This document shows, piece after piece, positions 1 to 11,549 of a stretch of DNA of 64,000 bases. The stretch is taken from contig BROI01000024.1 in NCBI GenBank assembly GCA_027923505.1, positions 186,001 to 250,000 on the forward strand, given 5' to 3'. Position numbers and translations under genes: made by a program. The stretch comes from Mayamaea pseudoterrestris. Lineage: Eukaryota. Below the pieces are notes generated by a model, which saw only the letters and a list, made by a program, of their open reading frames with translations, did no database searches and was not told the origin of the DNA. The stretch's first letter is position 1. Each line of letters begins with the position of its first letter.

Positions 1-72
1 CATTTACGTCGTATGCAAAAGAAAGAATGATTATTATTTGCGTACGATACGTGATATTAGATGATGTCACCT

Positions 73-1578
73 TCATTTAAGGTCTTGAAACGCGTTGTCA
101 TCATCGTCATCTACATCGAAATCTCCATCATCCTCGTCATTGTCATTCATTGCATCAGACGCATCGTCGTCAACATCTTCAAACTGAGTTCCCTCAGCAA
201 TAACGACGGCTTCATTCTCGCCGGCGGCAGCCATTCGCTGACGCGGGGCCTCGTCCACCGAGTCTTGCAAGACGACATATTCTGCTGCATTTCCGTCGCA
301 TGCCTTGGAGCATGTGTACACGGCAATATTTCCAAAGTTCATACCAGACTGTGCAAAAGCTGCTTGGAGCCCCGTCAGTGGTACATTGCTGGTGTTATCA
401 GCAGGCGTGTCAGCGTGCTTGTCAACCTCAAGTACATGGAGAAGCGAGGGTAGAATTTGAAACTCAAATACCCTTGACGCTCCGCATGAGCAAGGAGGGA
501 TTTCTTGTACAGTTCCTTTCTTGTTTGACGCATTCAACGTATGCTTAGTTACTTTGTCATTCTGCCCTGCAGTCGATAAGGGTCTGAATTTGTATGCAGT
601 GAAATAATGAGCAAAGGTAAGACCATAACGTCAAGCTTATGATCCATAATTAATAAACAGTACTCACATTGACCACATTGGGACACCCCCATATGCATAT
701 CGCAACACTTGTCGAGGAGACCGCTTCAACCGATCACTGTATGCCAACAGCGCCCGCTCCGACGCAGAAAGTCTTTCATCCCGTTCCTTTCCACCAGAGC
801 CGCCATCCGCGCCAACGCCTCTCAGAGCCGATAGAATTCCTTCATCTTCCTCCTCGGCCATGTACTTGGCTAACATGGCTTGGATCTTGTCATCTGATGT
901 TCCAGTGGACATGCCAACATCGTCGTCGTCGTCATCGTTCGCTGCATGGAGGCGTTCGGAGGGTGGCTCCAGCAAGGATGTTAGCGGAAAGGATGGAAAC
1001 TGGATTGAGCGGTTATTCGAAGTCGAATGCTGACCAAAACTCTTTACAGACGGCCTTTCCTGCTTTGTCGGCTTGTTTCTGTTTATCGTAGATGCTTCCA
1101 TAGCGGCAAGTTTGGCTTCCAAGTCATCTACCGAGTCGTCCTTCACAACGTTCCAGTCATTGTCGTCGTTCTTGGCCTCTTTGGCAACAGGAACGACATC
1201 GCTTTCACCAGTAGTTGTAGAATTTACCAGCTTTCGTCGACGACAGACTACTGTGCCACCTCCTCCGTAGCACAGTGCATTGCCCTCTAGCACGCGCGAC
1301 ATGCAGGATGCCTGGTTGCAAGCAAACACTTGCATGCATCGATCGGCCTCTACATCGTTACTGCGCTTGGGAGCAATCAAGTGAACGAGCAAATACATTT
1401 GCGCTTGGCAAATGCTGCAGCAAGGTGGTGCGTCGTTGTCATTCTGCAAATCTGGACTTTCGCCGCCAATGAAGGACGTGCGCGTTGGATCGATTGCCTT
1501 GTTCTTGGCGTAGAGAGTCGGAAGGTACAGCCGAATTTGCTCTCCCTGGTCGCTCCAGTCATCGCCTCCTGCCCACAT
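73..1578 (-). CDS. PDCD2L: PDCD2-like / TSR4-type uS5 chaperone family protein (2 exons; intron 584-667)
   Basis: Motifs CSICQAQMYLLVHL, FACNQASC, RSPRQVLRYAYGGVPMWS and CSCGASRVFEFQILPSLL...FGNIAVYTC match the PDCD2_C pattern. A GT(667)..AG(584) intron joins ORFs 664..1704 and 73..537 in frame. Start inferred at ATG 1578 (MWAGGDDW). Confidence 0.85.
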
Positions 1579-1949
1579 GATTAGTTTTACCACGAGCGCT
1601 CTTTCTTTCTTCGTTGCGTAACTTTGCTTTTGGTCCAACAGAAATTCGTGTGGAAGTTTGAATGGCGACGACGGCGCGGCGACCACGAACGACGTTGGCT
1701 TCACCGGTGAGACATCAAAGATTCTTTCCCGCGACGTTCAAAATTTCGGCGTCGCCAAGCCGTTCCCATTCTAGACTGGACTTTTTTGGCAGTCATGATG
1801 TTTATAAAGTCGCCGAACGGGCGGTTGTGTGCATATATAGAGTCTACAATACAATCACAGATACGCCACTATTGCTCGGTTTGCCCCGACTCCAGATTTT
1901 CGGAGTTGTTCGAAGAATTACCATCCATCAACGCCTCCCATCCAACGTT

Positions 1950-2987
1950 ATGAGATTTGGCGCACTTGTCAAGTCTCTTCGTAGTCTTAAACATGATCAA
2001 CATCATGATCATGGGAAGAAGGATGACTCTACCTTTGATTCGAATGATCTCTACGACATGGTCACAGTCATGGAGACAAAGGGCGATGACATTGAGCAAT
2101 CACTGAGCAAGTCCGATGACGATGAGCTACAGGATGAGTCTTTGGAAGTCATTCTACCCATCGCATGGGGGCCGTCAATAGAAGAAAGGGGCGGAGGAGA
2201 TGACGACATTTCCTCATCCGTCGGGATGATGAAAGAAAAGGAAGACGGAGAACTTGACAAGGCAATGGGGGCGGATTCAGGTCCACTCAACAACCTAGTG
2301 GTCTTCAAAGTCGAATCTGAAAGCCTTAACGAAGAGTCTTACGAGATTGCACCAGTTGACTACAACGTCCAGATTAAGGACGCGTCGTCGAGGCATCCGA
2401 TTGAGGAAATCGCCGTGATCATGCCGATGAACAGGAATCGAAGCGAGTCATGCAATGAAGAGAGTGTCGAGGTCACCGAGTCTATAAAGATTGATGACTT
2501 CGGCATGACATTTAGGGGATTATTTGACAACGATATTCAAAGGTGGCACCTGGAAGATCTGAAGAAAATATCAGAAAGGCACATTGCACTGGTGAAGGAC
2601 GCCAGCTACATACCGGGTGCAATCCTTGGTGACGATTATTTGAGTTGCATCACATCAAACATCATCAAAGCTAATGCAGATCGTCTTTCTGCTGTTCAAG
2701 ATATGATGTCAACCTTTGTTGATGCAACAAGCTCGATTGTCAATTGCTGCCAGCCGGAAATGATGCCTGCGCCAGTGAATGGAGACGACGAAAGCGTCCT
2801 CGCTATATATGAACGACAGCACTCAATTGACATGATTTCGAGCGAGATGCCAGGCGCTTTTGGAGGGTTTGATGCGGGAAAACAACTTAGGACCAAGCAG
2901 GAGGGACATAACTACGGGCGACAGCTTGTCAGGGACAGTGATGATAGCACCATCTCAACCCACTTGAGCATGCAACAGCAATTCTGA
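1950..2987 (+). CDS. Hypothetical acidic, probably disordered protein
   Basis: Long open frame with an in-frame ATG at 1950 (MRFGALVKS) after a promoter-like gap. D/E/S-rich; no recognisable domain. Confidence 0.6.
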   Translation: MRFGALVKSLRSLKHDQHHDHGKKDDSTFDSNDLYDMVTVMETKGDDIEQSLSKSDDDELQDESLEVILPIAWGPSIEERGGGDDDISSSVGMMKEKEDGELDKAMGADSGPLNNLVVFKVESESLNEESYEIAPVDYNVQIKDASSRHPIEEIAVIMPMNRNRSESCNEESVEVTESIKIDDFGMTFRGLFDNDIQRWHLEDLKKISERHIALVKDASYIPGAILGDDYLSCITSNIIKANADRLSAVQDMMSTFVDATSSIVNCCQPEMMPAPVNGDDESVLAIYERQHSIDMISSEMPGAFGGFDAGKQLRTKQEGHNYGRQLVRDSDDSTISTHLSMQQQF

Positions 2988-3093
2988 TTGCGATTGAGAA
3001 GTAGGGGATAGCATTTTAGTAGTAGGGGGAGTGGGGACATTTAAGCTACTTTTTAACGTGATGAAGCTTGTTTCGTTACTGTAGGTACTGTAG

Positions 3094-4288
3094 TCAATTT
3101 CGCCCTAATGCAGTGACAATCACATGTCCCACGGGGCTATCTAGTATCAGTTTAGATACAAAGACGGCAATATACACGCCCAAAATATCCATTGCGACTT
3201 GAATTGTGGTCGAACTGTGCGCCGGATCCACTCCAACTCGCTTCAGAATGAGAGGCAGCACTGCACCAAGGCAAACACTCGTGAAGACAATCGCTGAAAG
3301 AGAGGCCGTCACTGCCAGTGACTCTAGAAACGGCGTATGAAACAGTGACGCCCGCAAAAAGCCCACCAAGGAGAGAATGGCACTCAAGCAGCCTGCCATT
3401 TTCAGTTCGCGCACGAGAAATGCCTTTTGTGTCTCCTCGTTCAACGTTTCCAGCGCCAGCCCTCTAATGACTCTCACAGACGCCTGATTGCCTGCATTGC
3501 CGCCTGCTCCGACTAGCATTGTCAAGAAGAATATGACTTTTGGCGCATTGGGAGAATCAGCGCGAGAAGGCAGGTAAGCAGGTGACTGAGGCCAGATAAA
3601 CTCGCGGCATGCCACAACCCACAACCATTACCATTGCACCCAACACAATTTACGTACTAAATGGATGATTCTCCAGTAGCGCCTCATTCCTTGAAAGAAT
3701 AAACCCACTCAACGACTGCAGTACCAAGAGACCAACTAACCAGTAGGCCCGGTCGCGCAAGGCTTCACCAAAGCTCACCGACGGCTCGAGCGGACAAGCT
3801 CCATCCTCGAGCTCGTCGCACCACAGTGACGGATCATTATAAATGTCAACATCTTCGCCAAGCATATCTACTGCCGTACCATTCTTGTACTTTTCCTTGA
3901 CTTCGCGCAGTTTGCCTTCGCCTTCAAAGTTTTCCAGTACAATTCTGGAGGTTCGATGGAGGCGCTCATTTTCAACTTGTACATGTTCCAGCGACTGTTT
4001 GAGCTGATCATTCTCTCGTCGGAGGCGTTCTATTTCATTCAAAGTTTCGTCGACAGTATTAAGTGAAGATGCATGTAATTTGCTGTTTATATTCCAAGAG
4101 TATTGGCTTAGAGTGTCAAGGAATTTCCTGTTGTCACGACGGAACGACAATGGCGACGGTCGTTTCGGTGGACATTTTGCATTTGGAGGTACTTGAAACG
4201 ACAAGGATGCTCCAATCAGACAACCAAAAGATGTAGCCTGGATTAGTCTGCGTCTCGATCGACGCCGCAAGGAGCAAGGAAACGCCAT
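3094..4288 (-). CDS. mgtE: MgtE-family Mg2+ transporter (membrane domain), probably plastid-targeted (intron 3537-3657)
   Basis: Splicing gives RAYWLVGLL...HPFIIFFLTMLVGAGGNAGNQASVRVIRGLA and VDPAHSSTTIQVAMDILG, which are MgtE TM signatures. The N-terminus has a hydrophobic stretch ending ASLS-F followed by a basic/Pro transit-like segment. Confidence 0.8.
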
Positions 4289-4372
4289 GGTGATTGTTGA
4301 AGATCTCGTCTTCGTCGCGAATGGAAGAAACCGAACGGAACAGAAGGCAAAGAGTCGCACTGGTTTTGTTCT

Positions 4373-4382
4373 GTGACGTCAC
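4373..4382. promoter_or_regulatory. GTGACGTCAC palindrome (CRE/bZIP-type site) in the mgtE/BDP1 bidirectional promoter
   Basis: Perfect 10-bp palindrome in a ~200-bp intergenic gap. An identical copy lies at 21925-21934. Confidence 0.4.
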
Positions 4383-4486
4383 CAAGAAACGCGACGGCAA
4401 GGAAGAGCCACCATGGAATCACTCGATCGCCGTTCATCCTGGAAGCGTTACTTTGCCATCATCGCTTGATCTCATAAATATATAGC

Positions 4487-6160
4487 ATGTCATCTCCAAC
4501 ACGACCCTCAGTGCTTCCGGTGTCCAAAGCAGGTGTAAAGAAGAAGCGGCCCAACTTCCGACCAACGAGTCGACCCAAGCAAGCTGCTGCTGCTCCATCG
4601 AAACCAGCTTTTGAAGCGACCAAGCAGCAGCAGCAGCAGCAGCAACAGCCTCCATCTCCTCCTGAATTAGATCCTACTGAGCTATCTCAAAATAATAATG
4701 CTAAACAAATCGATGACGTGCCGCCTTCTGAGCTTGGGAAAGCTGCTATTTCTACAGAGCCTGATCAGGTCAACGAAGTAGACGAGGAAGTTCAATTTCC
4801 GCATGGTTCAAACCATGATCAACAACAAGATGAAGACATAGCTTTTTCAAAGGATGAGTTTGATCCTCTAGCTGCTTTGCAGAAACCTATTGAGTCTCCC
4901 CAAGTAGCATCTGCGAAGAAGACTGGCAAGCGCAAAAAGATTGGTGTCCCCGTTGGAGCAACGCGATTAGTTATTGAGCCTCCTCCCGACAACATGCAGC
5001 AGCAGCAGCAGTCAATCCATTCGGTCAATGAGGCATTCGCGGAACCTGTACAAGTATCGGCAGCAGCTGGATTACCTGGATTTGCTGCTGCTGCCCCTAT
5101 TCCTCCAATCCTTCCAGTGGCAGATCCAAACGTACCAACCATGGCCAACTTTTGCAGCACGTTTCGAACCAAACGGACGAAACGAGACAAGAATGACGCT
5201 GCATCTGCTACAAAATCAACCAAGCAGGGTCAAGCACTTTCTACTGCTTTCAACGAAACGAGCGAAGCAAGTATTACGGAAAGTGCGCCGTCGGCGCCGC
5301 AGGTTCAAGTCATCAATGGTGAAATTGTGTTGAACGAATCTTCCATTATTGTCGCTGGTACAACACCAGCTGGATCAGGCCAACTGGCTGATACCGACGA
5401 CTTTACCGTTGTGGAGGAGGAAGCCCAGCTTGCCGTTGTTGGTGCCTCGTACAATTCCTTTGTTTCGCGGCGCGCTCCGCAGCACTGGACGGTGGATGAA
5501 ACCAAGCTATTCTACGACGCACTTCGGCAAGTTGGAACAGACTTTGGCACAATGGAAGCCTACTTTAACACGACGCGGACGCGCAAGCAGCTCAAGCGCA
5601 AATTTCAAATCGAGTCGACCAAGAATCCAACGTTGATTGATAATGCGCTGAATGTGGAGTGTATGAAGGAAATTGGTATGTAACGTTATCATCCTTTTTA
5701 TTATTTATGCAGCCAAATATCGCTCCTTGCTGACTCTTTCTCCTTCCGACTTGTTGCCACAGACATGTCAGTGTTCAACGTTACAGAGGAAGACCATGCA
5801 GTGGTGGCTGCGGCTGCTCAAGCGAGACAGTTAGTGGCCGCACAAATAGTAGACGCGGATGAAAATATGCAGATGGAGTTGTCGGTTGAGACGGCCATAT
5901 CCAAGGAAGGCTTTGCGCATTCCAACGAGAACGAAAGCTCGGAAATTGTGGTACGAAAAGCACTTACGACAAGTGCTCTCGATAGTGTGGCCGCTACAAG
6001 TGAGCCTATGATTCATGTCGATGCTCCTCCTGACGACCCACTCTTCATGCTGGGTACCATTGCTGACAAGCCGACGATTGCTACAACCGTGCAGCCAAAG
6101 CGCACCACGTCGAAGCCCAAATTTCGAGCAAAGCCACGCGCACTGCCTCGACGAAAGTGA
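4487..6160 (+). CDS. BDP1: TFIIIB B'' subunit Bdp1-like SANT/Myb protein (intron 5676-5762)
   Basis: APQVQVINGEIVLNESS, SYNSF...HWTVDETKLFYDALRQVGTDFGTMEAYF...RTRKQLKRKFQIE match the Bdp1 SANT region. The GT-AG intron fuses the ORF to 5765..6160 in frame. Confidence 0.85.
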
Positions 6161-6275
6161 GAGGCTGATTGATTGTCGCTCAAGAAAGGCCAAGTCAACC
6201 GAAAAATAGAACACACTTATATTATGAATTGCTCCAGAACAGCATTAGATGATCATGAAATTACTCGCCGTACAG

Positions 6276-7055
6276 TTAGTGGCGATGATTGTAGTCCACA
6301 AACGCAAGGAGCCAGCGACGCGGAACAAACGGGATGACCCAATTGGTGAAGAAGCTAAGCTTGTATTCATTGATCACCATGAGCTTGTCCCTGATCATGG
6401 CATCGTAGCCTAGCCGAGCAACGCGAGTCGGGCCATCGACAATGGTCTTGCTTGTCTTTATACCATTCATGTCCTTGTCGGACGCTTCGGTTAAATCAAC
6501 AAAGCCAGGGCACAAAGCCGTGCAAGTGACACCCTTCTTTTCTAGTTCCTGGTCGATGGCTTGCGAAAATGATGTGATGAATGCTTTGGTCGCATGGTAG
6601 ACTGCACGGTTGGGTCCCGGAATGAATGAGGCAAAAGAGCTGACCATTAAAATCTTGCCCCCGCCTCGCTCCACCATTTGCTTGGCAAAAAGATGGGTGA
6701 GTGCAACGTAGGAAATCACGTTTAGGACGATCATGTCAATGTCTTCCTTCAAGTCGCGCTCGAGAAGATCTCCATTCCCACCAACTCCAGCATTGTTAAT
6801 CAAGTAATCAACTTGTAATTTGCGTTTCCGCACTTCGTCGTAAAGCTTTTGAGCTCCATCCATCTTGCTCAGATCGGAAGTAATGACATGTACCTTGACT
6901 CCATGAGCCTTCTCAAGTTCCGCTTTTAAAGCTTCCAAAAGCTCGGTTCGCCGCGCCGTAATGATCAAGTCGCCTCCGCTTTGTTCCACATGCGTCCTTG
7001 CGAGCGCCTTGCCAATACCAGAGGACGCGCCAGTGACGAGTGCGAGCTTGGTCAT
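6276..7055 (-). CDS. Short-chain dehydrogenase/reductase (classical, DltE/COG0300-like), copy 1
   Basis: TGASSGIG, NNAG and YHATK catalytic motif; intronless, 259 aa. Confidence 0.92.
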   Translation of the reverse strand: MTKLALVTGASSGIGKALARTHVEQSGGDLIITARRTELLEALKAELEKAHGVKVHVITSDLSKMDGAQKLYDEVRKRKLQVDYLINNAGVGGNGDLLERDLKEDIDMIVLNVISYVALTHLFAKQMVERGGGKILMVSSFASFIPGPNRAVYHATKAFITSFSQAIDQELEKKGVTCTALCPGFVDLTEASDKDMNGIKTSKTIVDGPTRVARLGYDAMIRDKLMVINEYKLSFFTNWVIPFVPRRWLLAFVDYNHRH

Positions 7056-7265
7056 GTTGTTACTTCCGAGAGCGCTTATTTGTTATTATGAAGCTTACAG
7101 TCGCTCTTGGAAATGCTTCGAGGATGTCGAAGGAGTTTTCTGCGAGCCCGCGCTGACGGGAGTTTTGCGAATTTGTTTCACGTCGCATCGAAACCGTTGA
7201 CCGTTATGAGCGGTTAAAAAAGCCCGTTCGACGAAACAGTCGAATCCATCACAACGAGATCGACC

Positions 7266-8677
7266 ATGGCGGATTTAAACACCAATACGTGCGCCATTTG
7301 CATGGACTCTCTTTGGTCGGGCGAACCCGTGGGCGCCTACGCACCTTGTGGTCACGTGTTCCACGTTCAGTGCGGAGAAGAATGGCGACGCTCTCGAGCG
7401 TACGGCGATTGTCGCTGTCCACTCTGCAACGCTTCGACGGCATCCTTTTGCCGCATCTTTATCGATGCCACTGCAATTGAACAAGAGGACGATGATTTGA
7501 GCTTGAGTGATGATGAAGCTGAAAATGACGAGTACCAAATGGAATCAGAGGCTGCGTCAGCTGTTGAGCAAATTCCGTTGGAGGATAATGACCAAATGAA
7601 CGATGAAGAGAAAATGAACGTAATCACCATCGACGACGACGAGGAGAACGACAAGCCTACTACAAAGACAACTGAATGCTTGTCTTCAAACGAGTCCGCG
7701 TCTATTAGCAGCGATCGATACAAGAAGAAAGCCAAGCATCTCAAGCGAACATTGACGGCATTGCAAGCCAAGCACGACAAGACTCTTTCAACTTTACACG
7801 GGCTTCGCGACACTTGTCAGGAGTTACAAGAACGAATTGACGAGCTCGAAAGCGAGCAAGAAGATTTGGAAGCCTCTAATCATCAGCAACAACTAGAGCT
7901 GGAAGGAATGAGACTTGAGAAGGCGAAACTTGCTAGAAATTTGGACGAACATATAAACGCTCTTCATGCTGCTGTGGACCGCGCCAAAAAGGCCGAAAGT
8001 AGTCTCAAAACGGCACGAGAGGAACACCAGATACTATTGAAGCGAGAAAGCAAGAATAAAATGTCTGAATTGGAGCAAATTGTTGCCGACAGCAGAAAGC
8101 TCAAAGAAGATAACCGGCAACTAAAAACCAGGCTTGATAAGTGTGAGAGAGCACGTGACGAGCTACTGGAAGCCAGTCGGAAACGATCAGCGAATCAATT
8201 AGGGTCGCATCAACAAATACCAGAGGCAACACCAACACACCGCCAGGATCGCCCAAGGAAGATTGCGAAAGCCCTTTCCCAGATGCATCAGGCGCATCAT
8301 CGTGAAAGCGGCGGCAGGCGACCAGCTACCACAAGCGACGTCGAGCCTGCTAAGCAATGCTACGGCATAGTTTCTGAAAATGCAATCCGCATGAAAAGAG
8401 CCAGTGACAAGGTAATTAATTCGAGTTCATCAAATGCGCTGAAACTACTCAACGACGACGGGTTGCATGGCACGGAACACTCCAAAGAGAACGACAAACG
8501 AACAACTGACGATCATTACAAAAAGCTTCTTATACCGAAGATGAGAGTTGGTAAGATGTGTCTCGCAATTTGCCGCATATCAGCATTCTTTCAAGTCACT
8601 CACTCTTGCTCTCGCCTTCAGCGACTACCGGTAGTAGCCGGCCAAGGCAACAAACTTTAAAGTTCCATCAACGGTAG
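7266..8677 (+). CDS. RING-H2 + coiled-coil E3 ligase, TRAIP-like (probable intron 8551-8621)
   Basis: N-terminal CAIC...CGHVFHVQC...W...CPLC RING-H2 followed by a long coiled coil. A GTAAG..TTCAG intron gives the C-terminus ...RPRQQTLKFHQR*. Confidence 0.75.
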
Positions 8678-8802
8678 TCGACGTTTAGACACTTTGCATG
8701 CAATGTATACACTGATAAATGAGTTTAATTTAAGATATGAATCCTAATGGCTACTAATCTTTTATATGCACTATGCACCTTTCAATCGTCAACCGCCCAT
8801 GC

Positions 8803-9579
8803 TCATTTTTTGTGGAGGAAATCCAAAACCATCAAGAGCATGCGACGGGGCAAAAAAGGAATGACCCAGTTCACAAGGAACGAGAGGCTATAATCGCTAA
8901 TGACGACTGGTTTCTCCTTCATCATGGCGTTGTAACCCACGCGAGCGACTGTCTCCGGAGCCGCTGGAGGAGTCTGAACCAACAAGGTTCCATCCAATCC
9001 AGCCTTTCGGACAATGTCCGTATCGACAAATCCAGGACACAATTCGCTGACCGATACATGTTTGCCTCTAAGCTCCTGGTTAACTGCGAGAGAGAAGGAG
9101 TTGATAAACGCCTTGGTCGCGTGATAGACGGCTTGCTTCGGGCCGGGAATGAACGCGGCGACAGATCCAACATTAAGAATCTTGCCGCCACCGCGTTCAG
9201 CCATTTCCTTGGCAAACAGATGAGTCAACGTGACGTACGAGACAATGTTGAGAACAATCATGTTGATATCGTCCTGCAACTCGCGCTCGATCACATCACC
9301 CTGACCACCAACACCAGCATTGTTAATAAGGTACTCAATCTCAAGTCCTTGCTTTTTGATTTCATCATACAACTTTTGCGCTCCATCCATCTTGCTCAAG
9401 TCAGCGGGAATGGTGTGGACTTTGACGTTGAACTCCTTCTCAATCTCCTCCTTTGTTTTGTCCAAACCGTCCTTGTGCTCGGCCGCAATGACAAGATCAC
9501 CGCCTTGCTTCGCGTGGTAGCGGGCCAATGCATGTCCAATTCCGGACGCAGCGCCAGTGATAAGTGCAAGCTTTGGCAT
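8803..9579 (-). CDS. Short-chain dehydrogenase/reductase, copy 2
   Basis: TGAASGIG, NNAG, GSVAA and YHATK; collinear with the other two SDRs. Confidence 0.92.
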   Translation of the reverse strand: MPKLALITGAASGIGHALARYHAKQGGDLVIAAEHKDGLDKTKEEIEKEFNVKVHTIPADLSKMDGAQKLYDEIKKQGLEIEYLINNAGVGGQGDVIERELQDDINMIVLNIVSYVTLTHLFAKEMAERGGGKILNVGSVAAFIPGPKQAVYHATKAFINSFSLAVNQELRGKHVSVSELCPGFVDTDIVRKAGLDGTLLVQTPPAAPETVARVGYNAMMKEKPVVISDYSLSFLVNWVIPFLPRRMLLMVLDFLHKK

Positions 9580-10310
9580 GTTGATTTACGAGGTGTGTTT
9601 TGTCTCGAGCAAACAGATTTGTGGCTTGAAAGTAGCACTTTTTGTGCAAGGTATCGCGAACAATAGAAAGAAGGCGTTGTCGAAAGATGTCCGCAAGACG
9701 GCCGTCTAACGAACAACCAACAAGAAGTCATCGTTCTCATCCGTCACAATCGAACTCTTTTGGCGAGTGTCTTGCCCGCAACGGTGCGACATTTACTGCA
9801 GCACCTTTGAAGGCCAACTGCTCCAAATAAGATGCAGCTGTCGGTGAGGGGAAATATTTGTGTTCATATGCAAAGGCCTCTGCTTCCCCATTTTACTCGA
9901 ACTATTTGTACAAAATTGTAGACCGATACGGTATTTTGGAAGGATTTGTCTTTCCAGTTGAGTTGGTAACAACAAGTAATGTAGTTTATATACTATTTGG
10001 TCGCCGTAGTGTTCAGCAAGGACCATACAGCGCTGACAGCACCGCATCCCGTCTGCTCTGCGAAGTTAAGCAGCGCCTGGCCTGGTTAGTACTACGGTGG
10101 GGGACCACGTTGGAATCCCAGGTGTTCTTGTTTATGCTCTTTTTATGCTTCATCCTTTCTTATACAAGCACTATGATATGTAATTTATGATACGACTAAT
10201 GTATGTATACACAGTTCCGCTAATACAACCTCTTTTCTGTTCCAGTTGCATGTATCATTGCTATGAAATCCTATGCAGTGCCTCATACTCTCTCCGGTAT
10301 GGATCGTCTC

Positions 10311-11087
10311 TTATTTTGAGTTCAATCCTTCACCGATTGCTAAAAGCAAACGTCGCGGCATGAACGGAGCAACCCACTGAAGAGATAAGGACAAACGATA
10401 CTCACTAATAACAAGGAGTTTCTCGGACATCATTGCTTCGTACCCAATTCGTGCAACCGTCTCGGGGGACGCGCCAGAGCGGTGGCTTAAACCCGTGCCT
10501 TCCGCATGTGCGCGGGTTATAAATTCGGTGTGAACCAGTCCTGGGCAAATCGCTGTGGAGGTGACGCCCTTTTTCTTCATCTCCTGGTCAACCGCCTGCG
10601 AAAATGAGTTGACGAATGCCTTTGATGCAAAGTAGACAGCCTGTCCAGGTCCCGGAATGAAGCCAGCAGTCGACCCAAGATTAAGGATCTTTCCGCCGCC
10701 TCGATCCGCCATTTGCTTGCCGAAAAGGTGGGTCAGGGTAACAAGAGACATGACATTAACGACAATCATATCAATATCGTCCTCCACCTTGCGCTCGATT
10801 ATAGACCCCTGACCGCCAAACCCAGCATTGTTGATCAAGATATCTACCTGAAGGTTCTGCTTCTGAACGTCATCAAAAAGCTTTTGTGCCCCATCGATCT
10901 TACTCAAGTCCGATGTTATCACATGCACATTAACTCCGTGGGCCTTCTCAAGCTCAGATTTCAACGCTTCCAACAGATTCGTTCGACGGGCCGTAATTAT
11001 GAGGTCTCCTTTCTTCGAGGCATGGTATCGTGCCAATTCTTTTCCAATACCACTGGATGCGCCGGTGACTAGTGCGAGTTTTGTCAT
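10311..11087 (-). CDS. Short-chain dehydrogenase/reductase, copy 3
   Basis: TGASSGIG, NNAG and GSTAGFIPGP...YFASK. Confidence 0.92.
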   Translation of the reverse strand: MTKLALVTGASSGIGKELARYHASKKGDLIITARRTNLLEALKSELEKAHGVNVHVITSDLSKIDGAQKLFDDVQKQNLQVDILINNAGFGGQGSIIERKVEDDIDMIVVNVMSLVTLTHLFGKQMADRGGGKILNLGSTAGFIPGPGQAVYFASKAFVNSFSQAVDQEMKKKGVTSTAICPGLVHTEFITRAHAEGTGLSHRSGASPETVARIGYEAMMSEKLLVISEYRLSLSLQWVAPFMPRRLLLAIGEGLNSK

Positions 11088-11549
11088 GGTCTACGTAAAA
11101 TACGCTTGAAAGCTGTCTCGGCAAATGCCTCGTGCGACGAATATGTTGTGGCGATTCGGCCAAGCATCGATGTCGAACGATGAGAATGCGAGCCATACTT
11201 CGAACTTTTTCGGAAGAGGAACGCGAAAGATGTCGCATCGCAAGCATTCCACTGCGGCTCGCTGTGAATGCGGGATAGTGCGTCATTGTAACTTACGTGC
11301 GTCCAGCACAGCTTTGTCCTAATATGAACATATCAAAGCCTCTACTATTCGAGTTGATAAGCAATAACATCAGCGAACACCAAACTTGCCACCTGGCTGT
11401 ATACCAGGAGGGATCGAGACAAGAACATACTTATCCGTGTAGGGGTTCTTCACGCGCATAGGCATTCCAGCGTAGGATTCTGGAGGAGCATGCACGTAGA
11501 ATATTGACGGCTGTGTTGCTTGGGTATCGCCACTTGGTCGGGCTGTGCT

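Noticed and set aside
8773..9666. 297-aa plus-strand ORF
   Set aside because: Antisense shadow of SDR copy 2, a common artefact for SDR genes; no independent motifs.
9793..10190. Short ORFs in the gap between SDR copies 2 and 3
   Set aside because: AT-rich intergenic composition, no motifs and no plausible gene structure.
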